DNA of 64,000 nt from positions 22,570 to 86,569 of IMG/VR virus record IMGVR_UViG_3300020183_000039. One strand, 5' to 3'. Below, one piece after another: positions 45,674-57,143 of this stretch (positions within the stretch are counted from its first letter, which is position 1; each line of letters begins with the position of its first letter). A model generated the notes under the pieces. That model was not told where the DNA came from. It saw only the letters and a program-made list of their open reading frames with translations, and searched no databases. This stretch comes from a virus. Position numbers and translations under genes: made by a program.

Positions 45674-47015
45674 CCTGTCCCAAGTCAGATGTCGCATTTG
45701 ATGTGAGCTCGGAGCTCCCTGACGAAGATGTCGTAGGTAGCATCGAGGATCTGATCGCAACGGTGATACTCGTCCGACCCTACCACGGTGGAGTTCATCT
45801 GGTAGTAGCGGACCGCGCGGTGGATGAGCTTGGCCTCCTCATCGTTAAAACTGGTTGTCGGGTACGTGGGATCCATCAGTCGTGCATCTGGTTTTATCGC
45901 CCAGATGAAAAGTATAATGAACTAGCTTTCGTCCGATTGTGCGACTTTGTGGCCACAGGCGAAGAGGAACTGCTTGAAGTGATAGAGCATCTCGTCGATG
46001 GACTCGCCCTCGGGCACAGTCATCACGATGCCGTAGCCTGTATTGTCTTCAAGCGTGAAGGTGTACTTGCCTAAGCTCACTTGGACTCCATGCGTGGTTT
46101 GATGATCTCCCAGATAGCCAGGGCTCCGACGGCCTGAGCGTACGTCGCCTGGTAGATCCCGCAGGACGAGAGGATCCACTGGATGACGAAAGCACCGAAA
46201 AGGGTCCCGGCAGCAGACACTAAAAGAAGCCCAGCGGCAACACCGAGGGCTTCTGCGACGCTCTTTGCGGTGAGCGGTTTGGTGAGCAGGGTACTCATTT
46301 CACGTGGTTCGTTGTTTGACGCATCGCTGGAATCTTCGCCACTCGTCATCGGCGATGTTGTCGGTTCCGTAAGGGGCTCCCACGATGGCAGAGCACCATC
46401 GAGCTGTCTCTTCTGGTACCGGGACGGGGACAAAGTCGAACTGGATGATCGTTGACGTAGCTATTATAGCCGCCAACCCCCGTAGTATCATTGTCCCTGC
46501 GAGTAGATGCCGTACTTGGTCAGGCACAGGCCCTGCTGGTTGCAGCAGACCTTGACCCGCTCACCACCGAGCCACACCCAGTACGAGTAGTTGCAAGGCT
46601 GAGCCAGCGCGAGTGTAGCGTTGCCAACAATCAACGCGAAGAGCGCGAACACAGTCGGTTTCATAGTTTCCACCCCGCCGTCGACTCGTACTTCGTTGTG
46701 GTCTTCTCGAAGCCGTCTTGCTTAGCCTTGAGGTACCACTGAGTCGCGGCGACGCAGAGCTCCTCGGTCATGGACGTGATGATCGGAGCGCCTTCCAGAT
46801 CGTACGAGACGAACGTGCCCCAGCGTTGCTTCTTCACCGTGAAAGTTTCGTCATAGAGCACTGGTTTGACGCCCTCTATGATATTGATCTTCGACAGGCC
46901 GGTCATCTTTGATCTCCTGTAGAGTCGTGGAGAGGATAGAGCATTTGTGGCAGAGGGGAAGCCCCGGCGGGGACGCGGAACGAGCCGCATTCGCACAGAG
47001 GCCAGATCTCGCGGA

Positions 47016-47450
47016 TCATCGGGAGAGCCTCAGAGCTTCGACCAGGCGGCGAGTCCAGGTCCGTACGGCCGGAGCTTCGCGCTTATCTAGCTCCCAGTCG
47101 GCCAGCGCCTTGGCGAGTTCGGTGTCGGTGATGCCGAGCACGTGGGCCAGACCCTGGCGAAGCTGAGAGGCCTCGCGGTCAGAGATCGACGGAGCGTAGA
47201 AGCGGAAGAAGTCGCCAGCGTAGGTGTACGGGTAGCGGAAGTCCTTGGAGCGAGGCTTAACCTGGCGAGGGACCACCGGAACGTGCTTGTACATCTTGCC
47301 GTGGACGATCGACGAGATGGTCGGCTCGCTGACGCAGTAGTCGTCGGAGAGGTCCTTGATGCGCCGGCCGTGAGCCCAAGCGGTACGCATCTCGACGATC
47401 TGCTCGTCGGTGAACTGGGGCTTGCGGCCGCTGCGAGTGGTCTCGGTCAT
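47016..47450 (-). CDS. HTH DNA-binding protein
   Basis: FTDEQIVEMR...IKDLSDDYCVSEPTISSIVHGK helix-turn-helix pattern. Confidence 0.65.
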   Translation of the reverse strand: MTETTRSGRKPQFTDEQIVEMRTAWAHGRRIKDLSDDYCVSEPTISSIVHGKMYKHVPVVPRQVKPRSKDFRYPYTYAGDFFRFYAPSISDREASQLRQGLAHVLGITDTELAKALADWELDKREAPAVRTWTRRLVEALRLSR

Positions 47451-47814
47451 GGTGCTGGTTTAGGAAAGTAGGTTCAGGATGCTTGAAGGTCTTGGAGCCA
47501 GGACTCCAGTTGTTCGATCTGCCTCTCGCACTCCCAGCGTGTAGGGTTCGAGTGGTCGTAGAGCCAGAGATCCTCCTCGAGCTCTTTGATCTTGGCGCGG
47601 ACGGCAGTGGCGTCGCGGTAGTCGATAAGGTGCCTCATTGCCCGTCCATGTCAAGGATCTGGTCGATCGCCTCGAGCTTGCCGAGCAGCATGAAGGCTTT
47701 GGGAGAGTCGTAGCCTGGGCCGCACTCGTCCTGGTACTGCCGGTAGACGGCGTTCTTGAGGCGGATGATCGCGTTGCGAGAGACGTCGATCGGGATCTCG
47801 GTAGTGACCATGGC

Positions 47815-48177
47815 TCAGACCTCGTTAAGAACAGACGATGCTAGGGGACCAACGTACTTGAGGACCAGTTCGTTCCACTTGAGAGCGGCTTCGCGCTCCG
47901 TGTGAAAGTGGCCGCCGTAGTACCTACGCCCCTGGTAGCATAGCATTGTCCGCCAGGGCTTCTCCTGGGAGTTAGCCCCGGAATTGCGCTGGACGCCGCG
48001 GTAAGCGGACACAGATCGCTTTGTCTTCCGAGAAGTGAGAGTGATCCAGCGCTCTAGTGGCGTCTTGTTGCTACGCCAGTAACTATTCGATGGAGCCGCA
48101 CTTGGGCGTGGTTGCTGAGGCTTGAACCTACCGGTCTGGTTCCAGTAGTCGATCAGCTGCTCAGTTAGAGCCATCAT
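47815..48177 (-). CDS. AP2-domain DNA-binding protein
   Basis: SAYRGV...KPWR...GRRYYGGHFHTEREAALKWN AP2 signature. Start moved to the ATG overlapping the upstream stop. Confidence 0.75.
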   Translation of the reverse strand: MMALTEQLIDYWNQTGRFKPQQPRPSAAPSNSYWRSNKTPLERWITLTSRKTKRSVSAYRGVQRNSGANSQEKPWRTMLCYQGRRYYGGHFHTEREAALKWNELVLKYVGPLASSVLNEV

Positions 48178-48506
48178 AGCTCCTGGATGCGGACCCGCGC
48201 GATGCCGTCGGTAGGGACACCGAGGATCTTCGCGGCTTTGTACGAGAGGTCGATGCTCGAGCAGTCGCACCGGTCCGTGATCGGAACGACCAGCGACCGG
48301 CCGTTGTGGACCACGCGGACCCGAGAGCCGCAGGGGAGCCACGGGTGGGCGGCTGAGACCCTGTGGTCGGAGTAGGTGCCGCCGCAGGCATCGGCCCGGC
48401 CATGGTACCACTGGTGGTAGACGGTGGCGGTCACGTCGCGTCCGCCGGCGTAGGCCGGGAGGCCGACCACCAGAGAGGCTGCCACGATGTGGAGAAACTT
48501 CTTCAT
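48174..48506 (-). CDS. RlpA-like DPBB protein (lytic transglycosylase family)
   Basis: ATVY...HGR..ACG, AAHPWLPCGS.VRV, ITDR, IDLSY.AA..LG. Signal peptide present. Confidence 0.8.
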   Translation of the reverse strand: MKKFLHIVAASLVVGLPAYAGGRDVTATVYHQWYHGRADACGGTYSDHRVSAAHPWLPCGSRVRVVHNGRSLVVPITDRCDCSSIDLSYKAAKILGVPTDGIARVRIQEL

Positions 48507-48829
48507 GCCGGCACCTTCTTGGCGACGGTGAAGGCCACGCCGGTCTTGGTGGTGATGTCCGCGCGGGTCTTAGCGTCGTCCTCGAGAGTCTTGACCACGG
48601 CCTTGGCGGCTTTGATCTCCATCTCGTCCTGTGGAGTGTAGCTGTAGGTCTTGGTGAGTCGGACCTGAAGCTTGCCTTTGGGGCAGTCCACGGTGGTGAA
48701 ACCGACATCCTCGAGGAGCTCGAGAGCTTCGGCTTTGAGTTCCGCTTCCTGCTGAGCCAGGGCCTCGCGCTTCGCGGCGATTGCGGCGAGCTTGGTGGCG
48801 ATGGTGTTGAGCTGGGTTTGGGTTGCCAT
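48503..48829 (-). CDS. Hypothetical early coiled-coil protein
   Basis: First gene after the TAAGAT-AGATCTGT promoter near 48860. Confidence 0.6.
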   Translation of the reverse strand: MATQTQLNTIATKLAAIAAKREALAQQEAELKAEALELLEDVGFTTVDCPKGKLQVRLTKTYSYTPQDEMEIKAAKAVVKTLEDDAKTRADITTKTGVAFTVAKKVPA

Positions 48830-50779
48830 TGTGGTGGGCGGTATCCCGCCTCGTTTACAGATCTATCTTAAGTCCGCAGGAAGTCTTTTACTTAAGACAT
48901 GTACCACTTTTGGAACTGGTCACCTGATGAGCCCAGTGGCGTGAAGCCGGTTGTAGAGCGACGGCAGGCGACGACCCCACCCTTGCGGAATGTGCGGTCC
49001 GTTGCACTTCCAAGGCGTCACGCAGTTCGGGCACATGTCCTCGTCCCACGGCGACGGCGTGGTGAGCACTCGAGCCACCTTCGGATCGAAGCCGCCGGCT
49101 CTCTTGAGCCGCTTCAGCAAAGCGTCGAAGTTTTTGGCTGACAGCACGACGCGCTTGGCCTTGTGAGCCATCTCGTCGCGAAGCGTGTCCTTGAGCTCCT
49201 CGATGCGAGCGCGACGCTCTGGTGTGAAGTGCTTGGTCAGAGTCGAGAAAGGTCTCATCGATGTGAGCCTCCCCAGCGGGCAAGAACGTCTCGAGCGGCG
49301 GCGGGCCAGTCTTTGTCCCAGATCTCTTCTAGGCCGTTCTCGTGCTCCCAGAACACCGCCATCAGTTCTTCATCCGTCGGCCCTTCCGGCTCGGGCTCGG
49401 CCAGGACGGCGCGGGCGCGGTCAAGAAGTTCGTCCTCTTGATCTGATGTCCAGCCCAGCATTCCACTGCTTCCACGGTGGATGTTGTCAACTAGCTCAGC
49501 GCACAGTGCTCGGAAGTCAGTCATCGGATTCTCCAGGGTCAAGTTCGCAGGCGAGGCTCAGGAGATCATCCGCGGGCACGAGCCACTCGCTCTCTCGTGA
49601 GCACCCGTGGACATGCACCGCCTTCCTCAGTGCGGCGGCGAGGGCTCTTCGGTCGGTCTCGAAGCTCGGCTCCCCGTAGAGGGCGACCCGGTTAAAAGCG
49701 TCGTAGACGAGCCGGGCGTGAGGAGACAGAGGGTCATTGGCGTTGGCCATCAGAAGAACTCCTTAAGCATCAACTTAAGGTGAGCCCAGGCGCTAAGCGG
49801 CTCTTTAGCAGGTCTCACCTCCCACCCTCTTCCCCCGTCCCCGCACAGCTTCTCGTCGTCTCGCGCAAGCACGCGCTTCGTTCTAGTACTCAGTTTCACT
49901 CGGTAGGTTCCTCGAAGTTGAAATAGGTGTCGATCTCGAGCCAGATGGCGTCGGAGATGTTGTCTATGATGGCTCCTTCGCTGGGGTTCTCCACGTGCTT
50001 ATGGGCTCGACGGTAACCTTGAGCGGCCCCGTCCTCGATGCAGCGTTCCAGAATTGTACGAATGTCAGGTCTCATTCCCACGTCCTCCGCTGTGCTGCGT
50101 AAGCTACTTGCATGATCTTATCACATTCGTCATGGGACAAACCCGTGGTCTGACGAATCCACTCGTACTCGCAGTCGTCCGTGAGATGCGCTAGAGCATA
50201 GGCGTAGTCGTCCGCGGTGAAGCTATCGGAGGTGGTCATCTCACCACCTCTGACTGCTCGAGCCGGTCAAGCATCTTTTCGAACTCCTCCTCGGTCTCCC
50301 AGCCCTCACCACAGCCACGTCCCCAGTCATCGAGCTTGTCGAGCCAGAGCTGGACGCTCGTGTGGTCTATGGTGATGTTGCGGTAGACGTAGAGACGATT
50401 GAGGAAAGCCGAGTAGGCTCGAGCTCTGTGGTAGTCGGTGATCATGGCCTGAGGAGGAGGTAGAAGTTGCGAGCCGAGAGCTCGTTCACTTGAGTCTCGC
50501 GAGTGCGGTGCCTGAGCCAATCTTCGAAAGCCGCCCTCCACGATCGGAGGGCCTGTTCGATCACTTCTGCATCGCGTCGCAGGCCCGTTGGACCCCGGCC
50601 TGGCAGTCGCGCCACGTCATCGAATCGAGAGTGGAGCTCAGAGTCCAGAACGCTCCGGCGCTGGCCAGGAGGACGAAAGTCGTAGTGGCCAGAGCCCTGC
50701 GGAACTTTCTTGGGCGAGCGGCCTTGCGAGTGCGGCGGGTACGAGGGAAAGCGGTGGTGGTCATGAGAGGTTCCTGTGT

Positions 50780-50817
50780 TACAGATCAATCTTAAGTTTG
50801 CCACTCGAGAAGGTAAA
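50780..50817 (-). promoter_or_regulatory. Early sigma70-like promoter
   Basis: TTTACC-17 nt-TAAGAT-TGATCTGT. Confidence 0.75.
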
Positions 50818-51735
50818 CGGTTGATGTACCAGTCATAAGATTGGGCCTACCAAGCCTCCTCAGGAGCCACGAAGTCCTCTACTGCTCTGAGGCGTGTGAG
50901 CAGCGAGTTGATACTGGCCATCATGGATTCATCCGAGTGTCGGCGGCCTGCCGAAGGAATTTAGCGATGAAAGCCGGACCCGCTCCGGTTGGCCACCCGT
51001 CCTCTTCCTCGAGGAACGAAGCCACGGCGTGGATGGCCAAACGGGCCTCGGGTCGCGGGTGGTCCGTGGAGCCTATCTTCAGGGCTATCCTCCCTCGTTC
51101 GATCGCGTCGGTGACGTCGTCGACCAGAGGGTGGAAGTCCCAGTCGAAGCGTGAAGTCTTCATCTGGGTGAGTGTCTACAGAGTGATCATAGTGAAAAGG
51201 GCCACTTGTCGGCGGCCCTTGTTCCACTTAGTTAACTGGTCAGACTAGCTGGTCCGGATAGACCACGACGTACGTTCGGTACTCGTCGTGGAGCTGTACC
51301 AGCACGAAGCGATTGTGCCCGTAGCGATGCTCCATTCGGACGACCGTGCACGGCTGCGTCTTACGAAGCCCACTGTCGCTGAGGAAGGCGTCCGCCTTGA
51401 GAGTGCGAACCTCGCCCTCGTAGAACAGATCTCGTGTGGTTTCCATCGTAGGTATCAGTGGGAGAGGTACTCGAGAACTTCGGGGTCCTCGGCGTCGAAG
51501 ATCCCCAGGTAGGCGGCTGTGACCTTGCGGGCCGCTTCGACTGAGGCGAAGGTCATCTCGACTATGGGCCAGCCGTGAGGAGCCTTGCCGAGGAGCTTCA
51601 TCTCCTTGACCTCGCTCTCGTCGATCGCAGCGGCAGTGACCATGTGGGCCACGCCGGCCCAGACGTTCTCGAAGTCGTCGTAGCAGACGTCGTACTGAGC
51701 GGTGAAGGTGGTTTCCATGAGAGGTGGTTTCCTTT

Positions 51736-51773
51736 GACAGATCTATCCTAACCTACTTTCTTACTTTTGTAAA
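51736..51773 (-). promoter_or_regulatory. Early sigma70-like promoter
   Basis: TTTACA-17 nt-TAGGAT-AGATCTGTC. Confidence 0.75.
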
Positions 51774-52356
51774 TAGTCTGGTCGCCGCCGAGCTTCGTTT
51801 ATACTTTGACTCTGGGAGTCGGTTCTAGATGCGCGAACGATAGGTACTACGTACCGTGCAAACGAGATTAACGGTCGAGCCGGTACGCGTAGGTGAAGTC
51901 CAGACCGTAGGCCGGGCACACGTAGAGCACGCTGCCCATGCCGCAATCGTCGTAGTCATCTGACATACCACTGATGAACGGAGCGTCACCGAGCCCGTTC
52001 TTCACAGAGGCGTCCTCGATCTCGGCCTCGCGTACCGCTCGAGCCGCTTCGATGAGCAGGTAGAGGTCCGCGGCGGACATCGTGATCTTCGTCGATTTGA
52101 GGTCGGCGCGACGCAAGTTGCCGAGCAGGTCTACCAGCTCACGGTAGGTCATCCCTGAGCCGTCCGGCCTCTTCAGCGTCACCGGCACGGGCCGCTTCCA
52201 GAATCTCTTGACAACGTTGAACATGACGATTGTAGATCTTGAGCGAGTACATCCCGAGCTTGCCGAACTCGTCGCAGCCGACGAGCGTGTCGCAATACGG
52301 GCAGGTGAACTTCTGAAGGCGCTTGATCATGTCTCTGCGCCTGCGCGGGTGTGGTC

Positions 52357-53280
52357 TCATAGGTCCCAGTCAGGGCGAAATCCGATGAAGGCGGGGTGGC
52401 GCGGCTTGTCCTTCGTGCCGCTCGGCAGGTACCGGAAGGTCACCGTCTGACCCAGAAACTTCTCCTCGTTGTCGTAGATCTCCTTGCGGAGAGCGTGGTT
52501 CATGCCGGTCCCTACGCGGAACCGCACGCCGGGGAAGTCGGAGTCCGGCAGGCCCTCGAGGACCAGGGCCGAGTGGCGACCTTTGGTGGTGCCCCAGAGT
52601 TCCTCGGGTACGGTCTTGAGGCTGGCCCCGTACTTCTCCTCCTCGAATCCCACGACCTTGCCTTCGGTCTGAGCAAGCGGCTTGAGTTTGATCAGCGACT
52701 TGCTGCCTTTGCCAAAGACGTACTTGTCGTCGTGCTTCTCGGTCCGAAGCATGAGGCCCTCGGACGAGTACTCGGCGAACTTGTCCCACGCGGTCTCGAG
52801 ATCCTCTCCAGAGCGGCACTCGTACGTCGGGCAAAGCACTACGTGCTTGCGGATCTCAGGCGGAAGGCCGGCGATGGCGAACTGAGCGAGCGCGAATCGT
52901 CGTATCCACGGAGCGTCAACCAGTGACGGATCGAAGTAGTCGAAGACCCAGTAGATGAAGTCGATCGGCTCGGACGACTTGCGGGTCACCGCCGCGGAGG
53001 ACTGGAACGTGTCTCCAACCGTGAGCTCCCCGTCGAAGTAGGCTGGGACCTGAGATAGGATCTCCTGCACGTAGAGGTTCGGGATGGGCTTCTGTCGTCT
53101 CGACCACGCGCAGGCGCTCTCGCCTGTCTTCTCGGCGGTCACTGGCGGCAGGGTGATGCAGCGGTACCCGTCGAACTTCGGAGATGCAACGACCGGAAAG
53201 CAGTCGACCTGGTCGATGGACTTCAGGGTGCGACCCGCGGCGAGCGGGAGAGGCACGTTGTCGTTTGTTGTCTTGGCCAT
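52357..53280 (-). CDS. ATP-dependent DNA ligase (minimal type)
   Basis: SPKFDGYR (motif I), FDGEL, FD, EGLMLR, LIKLK, VGTG, PRHP. Confidence 0.9.
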   Translation of the reverse strand: MAKTTNDNVPLPLAAGRTLKSIDQVDCFPVVASPKFDGYRCITLPPVTAEKTGESACAWSRRQKPIPNLYVQEILSQVPAYFDGELTVGDTFQSSAAVTRKSSEPIDFIYWVFDYFDPSLVDAPWIRRFALAQFAIAGLPPEIRKHVVLCPTYECRSGEDLETAWDKFAEYSSEGLMLRTEKHDDKYVFGKGSKSLIKLKPLAQTEGKVVGFEEEKYGASLKTVPEELWGTTKGRHSALVLEGLPDSDFPGVRFRVGTGMNHALRKEIYDNEEKFLGQTVTFRYLPSGTKDKPRHPAFIGFRPDWDL

Positions 53281-53332
53281 GGATTGGTTTGACCTATGAT
53301 CATCTTATCATAGATTTGTACTTATGTACATA

Positions 53333-53354
53333 GAAAAAGGGCGCCGAAGCGCCC
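53333..53354 (-). terminator. Rho-independent terminator
   Basis: GGGCGC-TTCG-GCGCCC followed by TTTTT. Confidence 0.8.
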
Positions 53355-53954
53355 TCGACCCCACACATTCCCCTAGGAGCTACGAATATCTATGCTCAAC
53401 TCGGTTGTCGCATCAGAGGTAGATGCCAGAGATATACTTGCAGTTGTCGTCCACGAACTGGACGCGAGTGCGGCGCTCACCGTTAGGGCCGTTCTTGTTC
53501 TTCATCACCACGGCGCGGGAGGCACCCACGTCCCAAGCGATAGAGAGCAACTCGGAGGTCATACGGTTGAGGCTCTTAAGCTCCGCCTTGGTGGCGTGCT
53601 TGATGAAGGAGGGTTGAATACGCAGAGATGCGGCCATGTTGTTTAGCGGAGATCAAGAGGTGGTTGGTGTCCCTCTTGAATAGATAGTAGCCTGAACCGA
53701 CCGAGTGTAAACCCGTTAGTTTCCAGTTGCTAGACTGGTACCAAGGGCGATATGCCGCACCATCCGCGGAGTCGAAGACGACTTCTCAATGAGCTCCAGG
53801 TCGTTCTCGAGCATCTTCTCGATCTCCTCAGTGGTCAACCCGCTCGAGCGCAGCTGGACGACCTCCTCGACGACGTCCGTCAGCTTGTCCCTCATGGCCG
53901 GGCTCAAGGACAGGACGAACATTGCCTCGTGATTGAAGTAGCCCATCTTAGCTC

Positions 53955-53978
53955 AAAAGAAAGGGCTCCGAAGAGCCC
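53955..53978 (-). terminator. Rho-independent terminator
   Basis: GGGCTC-TTCG-GAGCCC followed by TTTCTTTT. Confidence 0.8.
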
Positions 53979-54025
53979 ATGTATCTTGATGGTAACCGGA
54001 ACCGACCTCCGGTATACTCAAAGAA

Positions 54026-54847
54026 TCACGCGAGAGCCAGAGCCGCGTCGATAGCTCTCCGAGCGACGATAGACCCAGTGCCGAAGTTGGCGTAAGCGAA
54101 ACGCTTGTCGTTCTCCTTCTTGGATCTGTGCGTGTTGTACTCGGTGATAGCGTTGAACACGTCGTAGAGAGTACCCTCTCCATTACCAGCCCCGTTGCGG
54201 TAGAGATTCACGATCTCGTCGCGGTGGCGGATGGTCTCCTCGGCTTTCTTGTTGTAGGCAGCACGGATAATGAGATCCACTTGGCTGATTGTAGCCTTGG
54301 TCGAAGCCAGGACCTCGGCCGCCTGCTGGAATTGCTGCATCCGGTCGTTGACGTAGTTGATCGTCTCGGTGATGCCCAGAGCTCGCTCGTTAACGCCCAT
54401 CTTGTGGCGAAGGCGAGTCGACATCTCGGAGTACGCCATCGCGAAGGTGTTCTGGCAGACGACTCGTACGTCGGTGACCCCGGCGGAGAGCTGGGTCGAG
54501 CCGTCGTGGGAGTTGAGCAGAGTCAGCATGCCGCGATGAGGCTCGTCGGCGATCTTGAACTCCTCGGTCATCTGGGCCTGGATGAACACGCTCCGGCCGC
54601 CCTTGAGGTAACCGGTGTTCTTGATCTCCAGAAGCCCTTCGGAGATAAGCGGTTGCAGCAGCCCGGTCAGCACCGAGTTCTGCACGACCTCGTAAGCCTT
54701 GCTCACGATGCTCAGGTGGGCGTTGCTGTCTCCGCGTACCAGAGCCTTACAGCAGCTCAGCTCGCGTTGGCCACCGTCGGGAAGCCCGATCGAAACCGGG
54801 CACTCGACGACAGACCAGTCAAGGGAAACTTGGGTTGCTAGTTCCAT
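54026..54847 (-). CDS. DUF932/DUF945 family protein
   Basis: LDWSV, YEVVQN, LKGGR, LLNSHDG, RVVCQNT, RH, LYDVFNAITEY..H. Confidence 0.85.
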   Translation of the reverse strand: MELATQVSLDWSVVECPVSIGLPDGGQRELSCCKALVRGDSNAHLSIVSKAYEVVQNSVLTGLLQPLISEGLLEIKNTGYLKGGRSVFIQAQMTEEFKIADEPHRGMLTLLNSHDGSTQLSAGVTDVRVVCQNTFAMAYSEMSTRLRHKMGVNERALGITETINYVNDRMQQFQQAAEVLASTKATISQVDLIIRAAYNKKAEETIRHRDEIVNLYRNGAGNGEGTLYDVFNAITEYNTHRSKKENDKRFAYANFGTGSIVARRAIDAALALA

Positions 54848-54942
54848 TTGGAACCTCAGTTGCTTACATATCTATTGTATCATACCGAAGTATGAACAGC
54901 ACATCGCTTAGCGTCGCGCTCTAGAGCGCGCTAGCTACGCGC

Positions 54943-55146
54943 TTAGAAGTGGTCGGCCTCGTCACCAGCGTCTGGACCAGATCCTTTGGTGATAAGCACG
55001 GTGCCATCTTTCTGGATGTCCCAGTTCACCCACTCCCAATCCTCCATGCCGACGGCCTCGGCCACCTCGTCGGGAAAGACCATGTAGAGCTCGCCGGAGA
55101 TGGGATCCATCTCGATCTGAGTTGTTCCGGTGATCGTGTCAGTCAT
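54943..55146 (-). CDS. AbrB-like small protein
   Basis: GELYMVFPDEV...GM....VNW....DGTVLITK swapped-hairpin pattern. Confidence 0.5.
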   Translation of the reverse strand: MTDTITGTTQIEMDPISGELYMVFPDEVAEAVGMEDWEWVNWDIQKDGTVLITKGSGPDAGDEADHF

Positions 55147-55310
55147 CTTTGGCTATGGATGAGAGTAGTCCTGGTCCGATGTTGTGCTTAGCCATGTACG
55201 CCGCGATCTCGTCGAGAACGGCTCGAGCTTTAGGGACGTGCGTGGGCCAGTCGGCCTCGTGGTGCCAGTCGCTAAGCGCCCTAGCCGTGATCTCGATCAG
55301 CTCGTGGACA

Positions 55311-55505
55311 TCATTGTCCTTGGGATTCACCCGCTAACTCCAGTTTCTGAGGTTCCACCGGGACAGTGAAGTACGGCTTCAGAAGCCCCCAGTCCGGGCT
55401 GCCCTCCCACGTCTGCAGGTGCAGGCCAGCTAGGATCGCCCTTACATCCTTAAGAGAGCGGATCTTGTCCGTGTCCAGCTGCCAGTTGCGCTTTGGTTCA
55501 GTCAT
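55311..55505 (-). CDS. Hypothetical protein, tandem paralog 2
   Basis: WQLD...I.SL.DV..IL.GL.L...SP.W...K.YFT. Confidence 0.65.
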   Translation of the reverse strand: MTEPKRNWQLDTDKIRSLKDVRAILAGLHLQTWEGSPDWGLLKPYFTVPVEPQKLELAGESQGQ

Positions 55506-55728
55506 TCTCGAGTTCTCCGTAGCCTTGAGTTTCCATCGCTTCCTTCAGCTCGTCCTCTGTGGGAAGTACCTGAGGGATCTCGATGCGCTTTGTGAAGTAC
55601 TTCTTGATGACGTCCCAGCCGGGTGTGTCAGAGTACGTAGTCAGGTTAAGGCCATCGAGGATGATCTTGACGTCATCGAGAGTTTCGATGGTGGCAACGT
55701 CGAGCTGCCAGGCTTCTTGAACGTTCAT
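55498..55728 (-). CDS. Hypothetical protein, tandem paralog 1
   Basis: WQLD...I.TL.DV..IL.GL.L...TP.W...K.YFT. Confidence 0.65.
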   Translation of the reverse strand: MNVQEAWQLDVATIETLDDVKIILDGLNLTTYSDTPGWDVIKKYFTKRIEIPQVLPTEDELKEAMETQGYGELEND

Positions 55729-56636
55729 GCTACTGCGTATGGTTTGGTCGGATTGTTTGCGGTCAAGCGGAGAGCGTCGGAGATCTTCTTCATGCGCTTT
55801 GCCAGGGCGTTGAACTCGAAGCGCGCGAAGACTTGCTGCGTCTCGAGAAGACTACCTTGACCGAGCTCGAAAGACCCGAAGTCCGTGTCTTGAAGCTCAG
55901 AGACATATGTCGAAGTCACGAGAGGCAGGTTCTTTCGGACCAACTCAACGTGCTCAGCGACCTTCTTGTGAGAAAGGATCTGCTCGAGGCTACCCTGGCA
56001 CTCCTGCACTATCTTCGCGGCGGTTTTCCCGCCGACACCTTTGATACCGGCCACGTTGTCCGATCCATCGCCGGCCAGTGCTTTGACCAGAGGTATCTGC
56101 GACGGGGTTACTCCCCACTTCTCGATGACCTCCGTCAGTCCCATGGAGAAGACCTTCTTAGCCGAGTTGAAGAGCAGCACGCGCGTGCGATCAGAGACGC
56201 ACTGGAGGATGTCCTGGTCACACGTGAAGATCACGACCTCATCAAAGTCGATAGCGTCACGGCTTAGAGTGAAGATCGAGTCGTCGGCCTCGTAGCCCCG
56301 GATCCCAACGGTCTCGATACCGAGTGCCGGAAGCATCTCGTCGAGAACCGCTCTGGCCTCGTAGCGAAAGTCGTCCCAGTCCGCCGAGTCACCACCACCG
56401 CGATTCGCCTTGTAGTCGGCATCGGCCTCCTTGCGCCAGTTGCCGCCCGCGTCGTAGCAGACTGTGACATGCGTGGGCTTCTCGGCGTCGATTGCCGACA
56501 GCAGGTTGTTGGTGAAGCCGTAGATGCCGGTCGTCGGGACCCCGTAAGACGTGCTTAGTCCGCCGGTAGACCGCATGAGGGCATTGCGGCTCCGGTGAAA
56601 CAGAGCATAGAAGTCTACGAGCAGAAGCTTCTTCAC
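55725..56636 (-). CDS. 5'-3' exonuclease/flap endonuclease (Pol I N-terminal-like)
   Basis: LLVD, YKANR, GYEADD, DQD..Q, ALAGDGSDNVAGIKGVGGKTA. Confidence 0.92.
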   Translation of the reverse strand: MKKLLLVDFYALFHRSRNALMRSTGGLSTSYGVPTTGIYGFTNNLLSAIDAEKPTHVTVCYDAGGNWRKEADADYKANRGGGDSADWDDFRYEARAVLDEMLPALGIETVGIRGYEADDSIFTLSRDAIDFDEVVIFTCDQDILQCVSDRTRVLLFNSAKKVFSMGLTEVIEKWGVTPSQIPLVKALAGDGSDNVAGIKGVGGKTAAKIVQECQGSLEQILSHKKVAEHVELVRKNLPLVTSTYVSELQDTDFGSFELGQGSLLETQQVFARFEFNALAKRMKKISDALRLTANNPTKPYAVA

Positions 56637-56792
56637 AGCATAGTCTCCATCATCTTGAAGACATTGAAGTTAAGCTTGAAGTCTTCCTGAGAGACCACCT
56701 CTTTCACGAAGAGAGGTACTCCGGATCGAGACACAAAGGTCATGATACCGTGGCCGCCTTCGCAGTGGAGGTAGTTGATGCGGTCACTCACC

Positions 56793-57143
56793 TTAACGGC
56801 TCGCAGCGACTCGTCTTTGGGATAAGTCGCAATGGGGTCCTTGAGGGTTGCAGACTCGGGCATGAGTTGTGATTCGTTGAAGTTTTGCCTTGCGGAGCTC
56901 AGCCTCGATAAAGGCACGGACCTTAGGGTCAGTAGCCTTTCCAAGCGCCTCCGATAAGCGTCTGAGGTACTCATCTTGCGTCGGAAGATTGCCGATGTGC
57001 TCGCGCTCGGAGGCACCTAGCTCGTTGAGCGTGCTGCCAGCTTTCACTCGGGCCTTGCCGAAGTTCCCAGTGAGAGCGCCCTTGGTGCGAAGCAGATCCG
57101 CGGTTTTGATGCGGTTGACGTTGGTTTGTGGAGTTGTTTCCAT
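56793..57143 (-). CDS. Cyanophage-type hypothetical protein
   Basis: GNFGKARVKAGS.LNELG...TQDEYLRRL. CATAAT lies 6 nt before ATG 57143. Confidence 0.55.
   Translation of the reverse strand: METTPQTNVNRIKTADLLRTKGALTGNFGKARVKAGSTLNELGASEREHIGNLPTQDEYLRRLSEALGKATDPKVRAFIEAELRKAKLQRITTHARVCNPQGPHCDLSQRRVAASR

Noticed and set aside
48178-48708. N-terminal part of ORF 47815..48708
   Set aside because: It overlaps two better genes in other frames. Only the AP2 portion from 48177 looks real.
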